Below, piece by piece: positions 55,433 to 64,000 of a stretch of DNA of 64,000 nt. The position numbers and the translations under genes are program-made. How positions within the stretch are numbered: position 1 is the stretch's first letter; each line of letters begins with the position of its first letter. The notes under the pieces are model-generated. The model had not been told where the DNA came from, ran no database searches, and saw only the letters and a list, made by a program, of their open reading frames with translations. This DNA is from an uncultured Bacteroidales bacterium (GTDB lineage: Bacteria; Bacteroidota; Bacteroidia; Bacteroidales; VadinHA17): positions 160,358-224,357 of the forward strand of contig CAVTPT010000002.1 in NCBI GenBank assembly GCA_963736675.1. Direction: 5' to 3'.

Positions 55433-57586
55433 TCAGGGAGTATAAGTTGCTTTAATGGCTATCTCAATATCGTTTGCCACCTCTGGTCTGATCAAAGCCC
55501 AGTGGAAAAGATTGTCATCGTTCCTGTCGTAGCTGCTTCCGTTGTAATGTGTTAAAGGCATATCCCTGTAAATCGGTCTTGTTATTTTAATAACCTCATC
55601 CCAGAAATCAAGAGCTTTCTGAAGATGACCGATTGCCTCCTGCCTGTTATCCTCTCCTCCCTCAAGACGAAATTTCTGCAATGCGACAGCGCCCCTCAGC
55701 TTTTCAGCAAGATGAAGCCCCAGGTTGGCCCATGTCCTGACGTCAGCCACCTCATACATAAGAGAGGCATTATTTCCGGTATATATATTCCGTACCAGTC
55801 TGAGAGCTTGCCGGCACTCCCTCTCAAGCAATATTGAAAGCTCCGGAGGGGTCATCTTATGGTCTTCAAAACTGCCTCCCGAACCAGTTATTTCGACATA
55901 ATTCCTTACAGAGATATAATCAGGATCGAGAGGAGGCTGGGAGATCAGCCTGTCAACCGGAATATATCTTGTTTTATCGCCTATAAGAGCCATGAACCCT
56001 TCACCATAGAGGGTAAAATCCCATCCCGAATCGTATAATGAAGCCAGGCGCAACTGTGTCGACGAAGCAAGCGAGTATGCCTTCAGAAGGTTCCCTGCAG
56101 CATTGCCATAACGTCGTATAAATTCAGCTTTAAATACTTCATCGGGAGTGCCAGGATCATATAACAATCTTCCCCAGAGCTTATAAAAGAGCCATTGCCT
56201 TTCAAATGCAAATTTCCAGTCAACGGGTTCCGTGACCGCGGTAAAATAATCCAGGGCTGGAATATAGGTTTCGGAGCCGATAAAATAACCGCCTACATAA
56301 CTCCTGCTGTTTTCTGCGATATGTGCACGGACGAAAGAAGGCACTCCCCACCGAAGAGCAAAAAAATCCTCATTACGGGCAGTATAGGTAATCTTATAAC
56401 CTTGCGGTTCAGGATTATAAAAGGTATCGAACATCTTTCCGCCATGTACCTTTACAAGTTTGGGAGTGGAGTGTGCATGCGACCAGTTATATTTCAGATC
56501 AGCCCAGACAGGACCCTTTATAAAGTCAAGGCCGGCTTCTCTTTCAATTGCGTTCCTCGTAAGTCTTTCGAGGTCAACACTTGTTGCCCCAAGCGATTCG
56601 GTGGTGCTCGAAAAAGGTATCCGGTGCACCAGCTTGGTCTGACGGCCGGCAAGTCTCATCCCTTCAATATACGTATCGAACATCCAGTCTTCCCTTTCCT
56701 GTGGTGACATCCCTGCCATACCCTCGCCGAGAGTAAGTCCGAACCCTGTCAGCCCGGGGTACTCTTTTAATACCTGTGTAACACTCTCGCGCATATATCT
56801 CTTTACTATTTCAGATGTATCTCCCTGGCAGTAATAGTGCGGGTAAAAATTTGTAAGGGCTACATTATATGCTTCTGAAAACTCCGGACTTACGAATATG
56901 TTAAAAGGTATAATATAAGTATCAATAGCCCTTTCTGACGCCATCCTGAAAATTTCACGATGGAAACTCTTCCACTCCTCCATTTCCTTACTGTCAAAAG
57001 GACTTGCTTCAGGGAAATTCTCCGGTGTTATCATGTAAACAAATGGATGAAGATTAAACAGAGAGAGGGAATTAAAACGATTCCCGGCCATCATGTCCAG
57101 AAATGCTTCCCAGTAATTCAGATCCTTCACAGTTTCGAAATGCTGGTCAATTGCCGAGCTGGGCCGGTACGAATACCAGGGGGTGTTATGCTTGATCGCC
57201 CTCAGTGCAAAATGTGGTTTCCCGCTGCTTTGTTCAGCATTTTCCAGCTTTATTCCATTCCCCAGATCTTCACATAATGAAAGTGCGCCATATATCATGC
57301 CGCGCCGGTCGCCTCCTGTGATCGTTATATTTTTCGCATTGACCGTGATCGAATAGGCCTCTTCCCCCAGATTAACCGTATCTGTTGTAATACTTATCCT
57401 GAATGCACAATCCTGTTCTCCCGCTGCAACAGAATAGGAATTTTCAATCAGTGCGTCTTTCAGCCTGCCTGCAGCATATTGAGCCTGAGGCATTAATTTA
57501 TCAAATAACAAACAGACATCCTGTGAAAAACACAGACTACAGGCTCCTGTTGCACTTATCAGAAGAGTAAATAGAAGCTTTTTCAT
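55433..57586 (-). CDS. secreted putative glycoside hydrolase of unassigned family (zincin-like N-domain + TIM-barrel-like body)
   Basis: Signal peptide. The segment GGDRRGMIYGALSL resembles the N-domains of GH20/GH67/GH115-type enzymes. The remainder has no family motif I can name. Confidence 0.35.
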   Translation of the reverse strand: MKKLLFTLLISATGACSLCFSQDVCLLFDKLMPQAQYAAGRLKDALIENSYSVAAGEQDCAFRISITTDTVNLGEEAYSITVNAKNITITGGDRRGMIYGALSLCEDLGNGIKLENAEQSSGKPHFALRAIKHNTPWYSYRPSSAIDQHFETVKDLNYWEAFLDMMAGNRFNSLSLFNLHPFVYMITPENFPEASPFDSKEMEEWKSFHREIFRMASERAIDTYIIPFNIFVSPEFSEAYNVALTNFYPHYYCQGDTSEIVKRYMRESVTQVLKEYPGLTGFGLTLGEGMAGMSPQEREDWMFDTYIEGMRLAGRQTKLVHRIPFSSTTESLGATSVDLERLTRNAIEREAGLDFIKGPVWADLKYNWSHAHSTPKLVKVHGGKMFDTFYNPEPQGYKITYTARNEDFFALRWGVPSFVRAHIAENSRSYVGGYFIGSETYIPALDYFTAVTEPVDWKFAFERQWLFYKLWGRLLYDPGTPDEVFKAEFIRRYGNAAGNLLKAYSLASSTQLRLASLYDSGWDFTLYGEGFMALIGDKTRYIPVDRLISQPPLDPDYISVRNYVEITGSGGSFEDHKMTPPELSILLERECRQALRLVRNIYTGNNASLMYEVADVRTWANLGLHLAEKLRGAVALQKFRLEGGEDNRQEAIGHLQKALDFWDEVIKITRPIYRDMPLTHYNGSSYDRNDDNLFHWALIRPEVANDIEIAIKATYTP

Positions 57587-57861
57587 AATATCCGGAGTTA
57601 GTTTTTTATGAAATTACCAGGTAAAATTTTCCTCAAATAGTAGTAGTAAAAATCTGAATTCAATTTAGTGATATTTTAATTATGAAGTGATAAAAATATG
57701 TTCAGGACTGGAGCCTGCTGATAAAGTCGAAGCTGATGAAAAGGCCAGGGGAAAAATCGGGAAGCTATCTGTTTTATTCAACTCATCTGACTCTACTTAA
57801 GACAATTTTTTTATCTTTATTCACTCTTAATGCAGAACAAATTTAAAATACGGAGGACAGG

Positions 57862-58266
57862 ATGAGCGAAATTTTATGCCCGGAATGCGACGGCAGGCTT
57901 AGGATAGGTAACCATCTGATTTTAAAAGTAAAAAACGTAAAGAAGCAGGTATCCCTTCTATTGCTGAGCCCTCAGATAGGCAACTACAGGAGCATTAAAC
58001 ATCCCTCATTTGAAACAAGGCATGGTGAATATATTGGTTTCTACTGCCCGTTATGCGGTAAATCCCTGAATTCCCATATACATAAGAACCTGGCTCATCT
58101 GATTATGATCGATGAGAATAATAAAAGGTCGGAAGTTTATTTCTCTCAGATAGCCGGCGAACACAGTACATTTAATACCAACGGGGAATCGGTCCGCGCC
58201 GAGGGTGAAGATGCCGGCCGTTATACTTTTTTCACCATAGGCGATAAGTTCAGGAGATTTATCTGA
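57862..58266 (+). CDS. hypothetical zinc-ribbon protein
   Basis: CPECDG ... CPLCGK pair. No other recognisable motif. Confidence 0.4.
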   Translation: MSEILCPECDGRLRIGNHLILKVKNVKKQVSLLLLSPQIGNYRSIKHPSFETRHGEYIGFYCPLCGKSLNSHIHKNLAHLIMIDENNKRSEVYFSQIAGEHSTFNTNGESVRAEGEDAGRYTFFTIGDKFRRFI

Positions 58267-58287
58267 AGAATTTAATACACCGGAGTC

Positions 58288-58695
58288 TTATTTATTGTGT
58301 TTCTTCCGGACACGATCGTTTACGTTAATTGCTATTGATAAAGTCAGTGCAACGAGGAATGAATAAAGAGTGAAATTGTCGACAAGCGATGAGTTTATAT
58401 CAAGTCCTGTCAGCCTGTCGGCCAGATATTTGACATAAGAAGACGGGAGTCCGGTCTTCCCAAGTTTCTCAAGGACAATAAAATGCCAGTCAGTAAGAGG
58501 ACAATAGCCTAAGGTGCCTGTAATAAGGCCTAGCAATAACCAGGAGGCACCGGTAAGCCCGAGAGTAATAAGATTTAAAATCCTTGTCCTCCTCCATACC
58601 CAACCGAAAAGATTAAAAATGATCAGAGCCGTATGGAAAATCATAAAGAAAATATCCAGGAACCTGTATATCATCCCCTTTAACCTTTGATGCAA
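58288..58695 (-). CDS. DUF2784 family membrane protein
   Basis: The GYCPLTDWH motif and 4-TM layout are typical of DUF2784. Confidence 0.55.
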   Translation of the reverse strand: MHQRLKGMIYRFLDIFFMIFHTALIIFNLFGWVWRRTRILNLITLGLTGASWLLLGLITGTLGYCPLTDWHFIVLEKLGKTGLPSSYVKYLADRLTGLDINSSLVDNFTLYSFLVALTLSIAINVNDRVRKKHNK

Positions 58696-58941
58696 AGGTA
58701 CATAACTTTCAGATCACACTCCTCCGTCAGGATTAAAGACCTTCCTCATCCAATTTCAGTAAATATCAATAGATGACTTATCGTAAAAATCCCGCAGATA
58801 TTCTTTTTATATTATTGCGGACTCCCTATATTTAGTGCCACGCCATATAAGATGGCAGGGATCGGAAATTTTATTGATAGTCAACAACTAGCTAACATTA
58901 CGGAAACCGTTTAATTGATAAAAACCCATATAACTTAACAG

Positions 58942-59201
58942 ATGTTGTACATATTACTGTTATTAACAGGGTTTCTACCCCTGATATATGGTGCCGATCT
59001 ACTGGTTGACAGGCAGCAGGTCTCCATGGTAAACAAGACCAAAGTCCTTTGTCCAACCTGGATCTTATATTAAATGTTGCTGCCAGCCTGATGCTCTTTG
59101 TTTTTGTTTTTCTTGGAAAAGAGAGGAAGATACATCGCCCCGAAGGGATCATATTCCTTCTGATCTATGTTATATATGTCACTTTTCTTATTATAAGATA
59201 A
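58942..59201 (+). pseudogene. remnant of a CaCA (YrbG-like Na+/Ca2+ antiporter) gene: N-terminal about 25 aa and C-terminal about 42 aa only
   Basis: MLYILLLLTGFLPLIYGADLLVD is a typical family N-terminus. A different frame (59073-59201) gives ...RKIHRPEGIIFLLIYVIYVTFLIIR*, a typical C-terminus. About 700 bp of core is missing. Confidence 0.5.
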
Positions 59202-59333
59202 CCGGTAATTGTTTTAATCAGGTCCACATAGTGTATCACTATAAAAGGAATTGAACAGAGACCAGCGATAATCTGGCAGGTCAGAAATTTTTTTAACTTT
59301 AAAAAATGATCATTTAACTTAAACATTCTGAAA

Positions 59334-61316
59334 ATGAAGTCCTTTAAAAAGTTCCAGGCGTTACGGTTTACAGTATGCGCTTTTATGTTTTCACTTATTA
59401 GTGTCAACACAATACCCCAGACAACGGGAGACCAGACCGATGGCCAGGGTGTGGCTGTGATGCTGATCGACACCGACAGACCCGCCGGGAAAATTCCTGA
59501 AGCGGTTTACGGCCAGTTCCTTGAGCACATCAACCATTCTGTTGTTGATGGTCTGTATGCAGAACAGGTGCAGGGATCAGGTTTTGAAGGGAATGATTTT
59601 AAGACATACTGGGAGCCGTATGGAGAGAACGGATCTGCATCGGTGGTAAATGCCTCTTTTAAGAATGGTGAAAAAAGTCTGCAGCTGAAAGCAGAAAAAG
59701 GGAAAGCCGGAATACGTCAGGGGCGCTTTTTTTTCGAATCAGGCAGCGAATACAGCGGATCCCTTTTCATAAGCAATATTGAAGGCACCCTGAAGCTAAC
59801 CCTCAGAGTAAAGGATTCAGCCGGTAAAACATTGAAGGAGATCCCGCTAAAAGCAACCGGCAGGGTCTGGAGTGAGACTCATTTCTCTTTCTCGCTGGCA
59901 ATAACTGATAACCAGGCGCTTATTGAGATTGAGGCCAGAGGCACCGGGACTCTCCTTGTAGACTTTATATCCATTATGCGTTCCGACCTCCGCAGCAACG
60001 GTATGATACGCCCCGATCTTTTCAATGCCCTCGACGGCCTTAAAGCTCCATTTATCAGATGGCCCGGGGGATCATTTGCAACCATTTACAAATGGAAAGA
60101 CGGGATAGGTCCGGTAGAATCGCGAAAGTACAACCCAAATACAATATGGGGAGGTTATTCCGATTACTATGGTTTCGGGACAGAAGAGTTTATGGAACTA
60201 TGCAGACGGCTGGGGTCAGAACCGCTGATTGTCCTTCCTGCGACAGGTACCGGACCTGAAGAGTTAAAATATGCAATGGACTGGGTCCACTATCTGAATG
60301 ATCCGGCCACAACCGAATCCGGAAAAGCCAGGGCTGCAAACGGGCATCCTGAACCATACAACGTCAGGTACTTCCAGATCGACAACGAACCGATGAATAA
60401 TGGATTTACGCCTGAGCGATACGCCGAGATTGTTAATATTTACGGAGCTGAAATAAGGAAGATAGCCCCTGGGGCAAAGATTATTGCCTGCGGTCAGAAA
60501 AGATCCAATGACCTTAACTGGAGTCAGAAATTAATTGATATTGCAGGTAAAAACTTTGATATTCTCGGATGTCATAACTACGAATATGAGAATGAGAATT
60601 ATCAGACCGGACTTATCAGGATAGAAGATTATCTTATCAGGCTTGCTGACTATGTCAGAAAATCCGGGCACCCCGATATCAGGCTGGCAGTACTCGAATG
60701 GGGGCTTTGCCGTTCTTACGACTGGAAGGCAGGGCTTCATGCAGCAGGAAGCCTGATAATATATGAGCGGCTTGGAAATGAAATTGAGATGACCTGCCCG
60801 GCCCTGCTTATGCGAAACACAACTGATGATCCCACCTGGACAGCTTTTATTTACCATGATCACGTCTCCTGGTTTCCAGGGGCCGGATATATCGTCGAAA
60901 AGCTTTTCCGGGAACACTATGCCGAAAACTACCTGGCCACAACATCCGGGACCTTCAGCGATATACAAAACCGGCACGTTTTCTTTGATGATATCTCACA
61001 GATGAAACCTGAGGACTGGAAACCCGGCACACTGGATGCAATAGCTACACGAACCGGCGACGGGAAAAAGATAGTGATCAAGGCCGTAAACTATGAGGGT
61101 AAAAGTAATACCCTTCTTACCCGGTTGCAGGGGAGTAACCTGACTGACATTGCCGGAGCAAAACTCTATACAATAAGTGCTGGGATTTCAGAAAAAGCAT
61201 CTCTCGAAAATCCGGAAGCAATTAAAGTATCGGAGAAAAATATTACATGGTCAGGTGATATGGCATTTATTCTCGACCCATACAGCGTGGCAGTAATCGA
61301 AATAACCATGAAATAA
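59334..61316 (+). CDS. GH51-like alpha-L-arabinofuranosidase with N-terminal CBM-like domain
   Basis: IRWPGGSF, GIGP, the EF.ELCRRLG segment and the FQIDNEP (acid/base Glu) motif are typical of GH51. Confidence 0.7.
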   Translation: MKSFKKFQALRFTVCAFMFSLISVNTIPQTTGDQTDGQGVAVMLIDTDRPAGKIPEAVYGQFLEHINHSVVDGLYAEQVQGSGFEGNDFKTYWEPYGENGSASVVNASFKNGEKSLQLKAEKGKAGIRQGRFFFESGSEYSGSLFISNIEGTLKLTLRVKDSAGKTLKEIPLKATGRVWSETHFSFSLAITDNQALIEIEARGTGTLLVDFISIMRSDLRSNGMIRPDLFNALDGLKAPFIRWPGGSFATIYKWKDGIGPVESRKYNPNTIWGGYSDYYGFGTEEFMELCRRLGSEPLIVLPATGTGPEELKYAMDWVHYLNDPATTESGKARAANGHPEPYNVRYFQIDNEPMNNGFTPERYAEIVNIYGAEIRKIAPGAKIIACGQKRSNDLNWSQKLIDIAGKNFDILGCHNYEYENENYQTGLIRIEDYLIRLADYVRKSGHPDIRLAVLEWGLCRSYDWKAGLHAAGSLIIYERLGNEIEMTCPALLMRNTTDDPTWTAFIYHDHVSWFPGAGYIVEKLFREHYAENYLATTSGTFSDIQNRHVFFDDISQMKPEDWKPGTLDAIATRTGDGKKIVIKAVNYEGKSNTLLTRLQGSNLTDIAGAKLYTISAGISEKASLENPEAIKVSEKNITWSGDMAFILDPYSVAVIEITMK

Positions 61317-61423
61317 TTATTATGCCGGATTATCAGATAGATATATAAATCAGTAAATAGCTGCCGGAAGGTCAGGCCGGGTTTATCCGGCAGGCCATAA
61401 TCTGAAATTTTAACCCGGATCCG

Positions 61424-62083
61424 ATGGACAGATACCTGAAGAAACTGATATCAGAAGGTGAGAATCAACTACTTGACTTCAAATACTGTGTTTCTGACAG
61501 CAGAAAGATAGCACGGACACTGGCCGCATTTGCCAACAGCCAGGGAGGAAGGATACTTATCGGGGTAAGGGATAATGGAAGCATTGCTGGAATAAGAACC
61601 GATGAAGAGATATATATGGTTTATACTGCTGCCCATCTGTTCTGCAGGCCTGAGATCTCTTTTACTGTCAGACAACACATCACAGAAGGAAAGACAGTGC
61701 TTGAAGTGGTGGTGCTGAAAGGCAACGAAAGACCATACCAGGTAAAGGATGAAGATGGCCGTTGGTTGCCATATTTCAGACATGGCGATCAGAATCTTGT
61801 TGCCAATAAAGTGCTGTTGCAGGTCTGGAGAAAGGAGAACAAAGAGAGGGGTGTAATGGTAAAGTTCAGCAAGGCAGAAAATTTTCTGTTGGATTACCTG
61901 CAAAAGAATGATTCCATTACTATTTCAGCATTCAGGAAAATAGCCGGGATATCCTCATACCGGGCTGAGTCGATACTTGCAAATCTTATATTATTCAAAG
62001 TTCTTATCCTGAAGGCTTCTGAAAAAGGATTCAGTTATAAACTTAATCCGGATGAGCCGGTGGATCTGGAACTGTTTAAATAA
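61424..62083 (+). CDS. AlbA_2 (Schlafen-like divergent AAA) domain protein with C-terminal wHTH-like region
   Basis: The LDFKY...IARTLAAFANSQGGRILIGVRDNGSIAGI pattern is typical of AlbA_2. Confidence 0.55.
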   Translation: MDRYLKKLISEGENQLLDFKYCVSDSRKIARTLAAFANSQGGRILIGVRDNGSIAGIRTDEEIYMVYTAAHLFCRPEISFTVRQHITEGKTVLEVVVLKGNERPYQVKDEDGRWLPYFRHGDQNLVANKVLLQVWRKENKERGVMVKFSKAENFLLDYLQKNDSITISAFRKIAGISSYRAESILANLILFKVLILKASEKGFSYKLNPDEPVDLELFK

Positions 62084-62135
62084 CTGAAAAATTTCCTAAT
62101 ATTGAAGTCCTGATTAAAATTCTGTATTTAGCATT

Positions 62136-63659
62136 ATGGTAGCGAATAATTGTATTGGATTTGATAACGATAAATATCTCCGGGAGCAGACTTTATCAAT
62201 TCTTGAGAGAGTAAGCCGTTTTAACCACAAACTTTATCTTGAGTTCGGAGGCAAGATATTATACGATTATCATGCAGCAAGAGTATTGCCCGGGTTTGAC
62301 CCGAACGTAAAGATGAGGCTTCTGCAAAAGCTGAAAGATAAGATCGATGTTATACTTTGCATTCATGCCGGGGCGATCGAAAGAAAAAAGATAAGAGCCG
62401 ACTTCGGGATCACATATGATGTTGACGCCCTTAAGACTATTGATGATTTCCGCGAATGGGGAATTGAAATAAAAGCTGTGGTGATCACGCGCTACGAGAA
62501 TCAGTCGCCGGCAAAAGCCTTCAGGAACAAGCTCGAGATGAGAGGCGTAAAGGTTTATCTGCACTATCCCACCGAGGGATATCCTATGGATGTTGATCAG
62601 ATAGTGAGCGACAAAGGATATGGTCAGAACGAATATATAGAGACAACAAAACCTATTGTGATCGTAACAGGTCCCGGTCCAGGCAGCGGGAAACTTGCCA
62701 CATGTCTCTGCAATCTATATCACGAATATAAACAGGGAATTAAAGCCGGGTATGCAAAGTTTGAGACCTTCCCTATATGGGATCTCCCACTCGACCATAT
62801 GGTAAATTTCGCCTACGAAGCCGCCACCGTCGATCTTGAGGACAGGGTACTGATAGACGAACATCATCTGAAAGCCTATAATATAGAGACAGTAAATTAT
62901 AACCGCGACATTGAAGCGTTTAACCTTCTTAAAAGGATAATCGAAAAGATTACAGGCGGCGAGTCGATGTATCAGTCACCAACCGATATGGGAGTAAACC
63001 GTGCCAGCGCCGGAATTGTTGATGATAACATTATAAAGGAAGCATCATTTCAGGAGATCATCAGAAGATATTTCAGGTGCTCCGTTGAGTATGCTATGGG
63101 GCTGGTTGAAAAGGACACCCTTGAACGGATTGACTCAATAATGAAAAATGTAGGAGCTAGAGCCGAGGACCGTAAGGTAGTATTGCCGGCCCGAAAGGCG
63201 GCCAGTGAGGCTGAAAAATGCGGAAAGGGAAACGCCGGGATCTTTTGCGGAGCTGCCATTGAACTGCTCGACGGGACAATTATTGCCGGCAAAAACTCTC
63301 CTCTTATGCATGCATCCTCAAGTCTGATACTGAATGCAGCAAAACATCTGGCCGGACTGCCTGATAAAATGTACCTTTTACCTGAAAACATTATAGATTC
63401 GGTTACTCACCTGAAAAAAGATATCCTCGAAGGTAAAATGGTAAGCCTCGATGTGGATGAGACCTTAATAGTTCTTGGGATAAGTGCTCTGTCAAACCCG
63501 GCTGCTAAAATGGCTCTGGAGAATCTTAAATTGCTGCGCGATTGCGAAGTACACCTGACTCACATACCTACTCCCGGCGATGAAGCAGGCTGGCGAAAAC
63601 TTAAAGTCAATCTTACATGCGATCCGGAATATTCAAGCAAAAGCCTCTTTATCAGCTAA
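62136..63659 (+). CDS. DUF1846 (UPF0371) family protein
   Basis: GFDNDKYLREQ...LYLEFGGKILYDYHAARVLPGFDPN is the hallmark N-terminus of the family. About 500 aa. Confidence 0.8.
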   Translation: MVANNCIGFDNDKYLREQTLSILERVSRFNHKLYLEFGGKILYDYHAARVLPGFDPNVKMRLLQKLKDKIDVILCIHAGAIERKKIRADFGITYDVDALKTIDDFREWGIEIKAVVITRYENQSPAKAFRNKLEMRGVKVYLHYPTEGYPMDVDQIVSDKGYGQNEYIETTKPIVIVTGPGPGSGKLATCLCNLYHEYKQGIKAGYAKFETFPIWDLPLDHMVNFAYEAATVDLEDRVLIDEHHLKAYNIETVNYNRDIEAFNLLKRIIEKITGGESMYQSPTDMGVNRASAGIVDDNIIKEASFQEIIRRYFRCSVEYAMGLVEKDTLERIDSIMKNVGARAEDRKVVLPARKAASEAEKCGKGNAGIFCGAAIELLDGTIIAGKNSPLMHASSSLILNAAKHLAGLPDKMYLLPENIIDSVTHLKKDILEGKMVSLDVDETLIVLGISALSNPAAKMALENLKLLRDCEVHLTHIPTPGDEAGWRKLKVNLTCDPEYSSKSLFIS

Positions 63660-63843
63660 TTAATATATTTTTAATTGGAAATTAAACCGGATTTTAATAC
63701 ACTCTGGTACCTTTTTCAGATCCCTGAAAACTTATTTATCATAAAGATGATATTTATCTTTATTCAGATAAATTAAATAAAATTTTTATATTTATGCGTT
63801 TTAAAAGAAATTCGTTAATACAAACCTGATAATTTATACCAAA

Positions 63844-64000
63844 ATGGACATTAAATTAATGAAAAAGTTTGCAGGGATTATGATCATCTCCGGTATTATA
63901 GTTTCAAACCTTAGTGCACAGGAAAGGAACGATGTTATTAAGTATTACAACGAAGGTGCAAAAACGATGCAGACCGATCTTAAAGCAGCAATTGAAGCAT
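63844..64000 (+). CDS. partial CDS (5' end) of a secreted protein, runs off the window
   Basis: ATG at 63844 (or MKKF at 63859), a signal-peptide-like AGIMIISGIIVSNLSAQ, and an open frame to the window edge. Confidence 0.3.
   Translation, partial: MDIKLMKKFAGIMIISGIIVSNLSAQERNDVIKYYNEGAKTMQTDLKAAIEA

Overview
The window looks like a chromosomal segment from an anaerobic Bacteroidota-type genome. Evidence: TonB-dependent receptor, lipoprotein signal peptides, TAnnTTTG-type -7 boxes, no Shine-Dalgarno usage, and a dense set of glycoside hydrolases. All protein family calls rest on motifs I recognise in the supplied translations; no searches were run.

Gene content, left to right:
- 1-8.4 kb: an Orp-complex-like metallocluster gene set (NifX-like x2, DUF5320, DUF89, two MinD/ferredoxin ATPases, Mrp/NBP35), followed by nikR, a small TonB-dependent receptor and a nucleoside-hydrolase-like::FmdE fusion.
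- 8.5-9.3 kb: OsmC and tRNA-Lys(CTT).
- 9.7-14.3 kb: a repeat-rich region with two tandem paralogous 6-bladed beta-propeller lipoprotein genes. They are flanked by REP-like hairpin elements and by inverted arrays of 8-bp repeats whose copy numbers differ between the two loci. An array of 85-bp tandem repeats carrying Fur-type boxes follows.
- 14.3-18.1 kb: a Fur/PerR-family regulator, a DPSL-like ferritin, a peroxiredoxin, a SAM methyltransferase, a DUF134 protein and OsmC.
- 18.3-38.1 kb: a glucuronoxylan/xylose/glucuronate locus. It holds xylA, xylB, ManD, an IS3 insertion, an SDR, GH67, a LacI regulator, GH115, a PmoA-like/Gfo-Idh-MocA/PmoA-like trio and GH3.
- 38.1-41.8 kb: a four-gene corrinoid methyl-transfer module, directly upstream of and co-oriented with GH3.
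- 42-64 kb: two ConA-like+TolB-propeller paralogs, lipid genes, an M48 protease, a PdxA2 + KdgT::DUF1537 (transporter-kinase fusion) operon behind an unclassified glycosidase-like gene, a decayed CaCA antiporter, GH51, an AlbA_2 protein and DUF1846.

Most interesting observation: the corrinoid module has a B12-binding protein, a methyl-THF:corrinoid methyltransferase, a MetV-MetF-type MTHFR and a MetH-like SAM reactivation domain. It has no homocysteine domain and no substrate methyltransferase. It sits behind a 15-nt LacI-type operator that is identical to the one in the GH67/GH115 control region. This suggests an anaerobic demethylation route for 4-O-methyl-glucuronate released from xylan. 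That is a hypothesis, not a demonstrated function.
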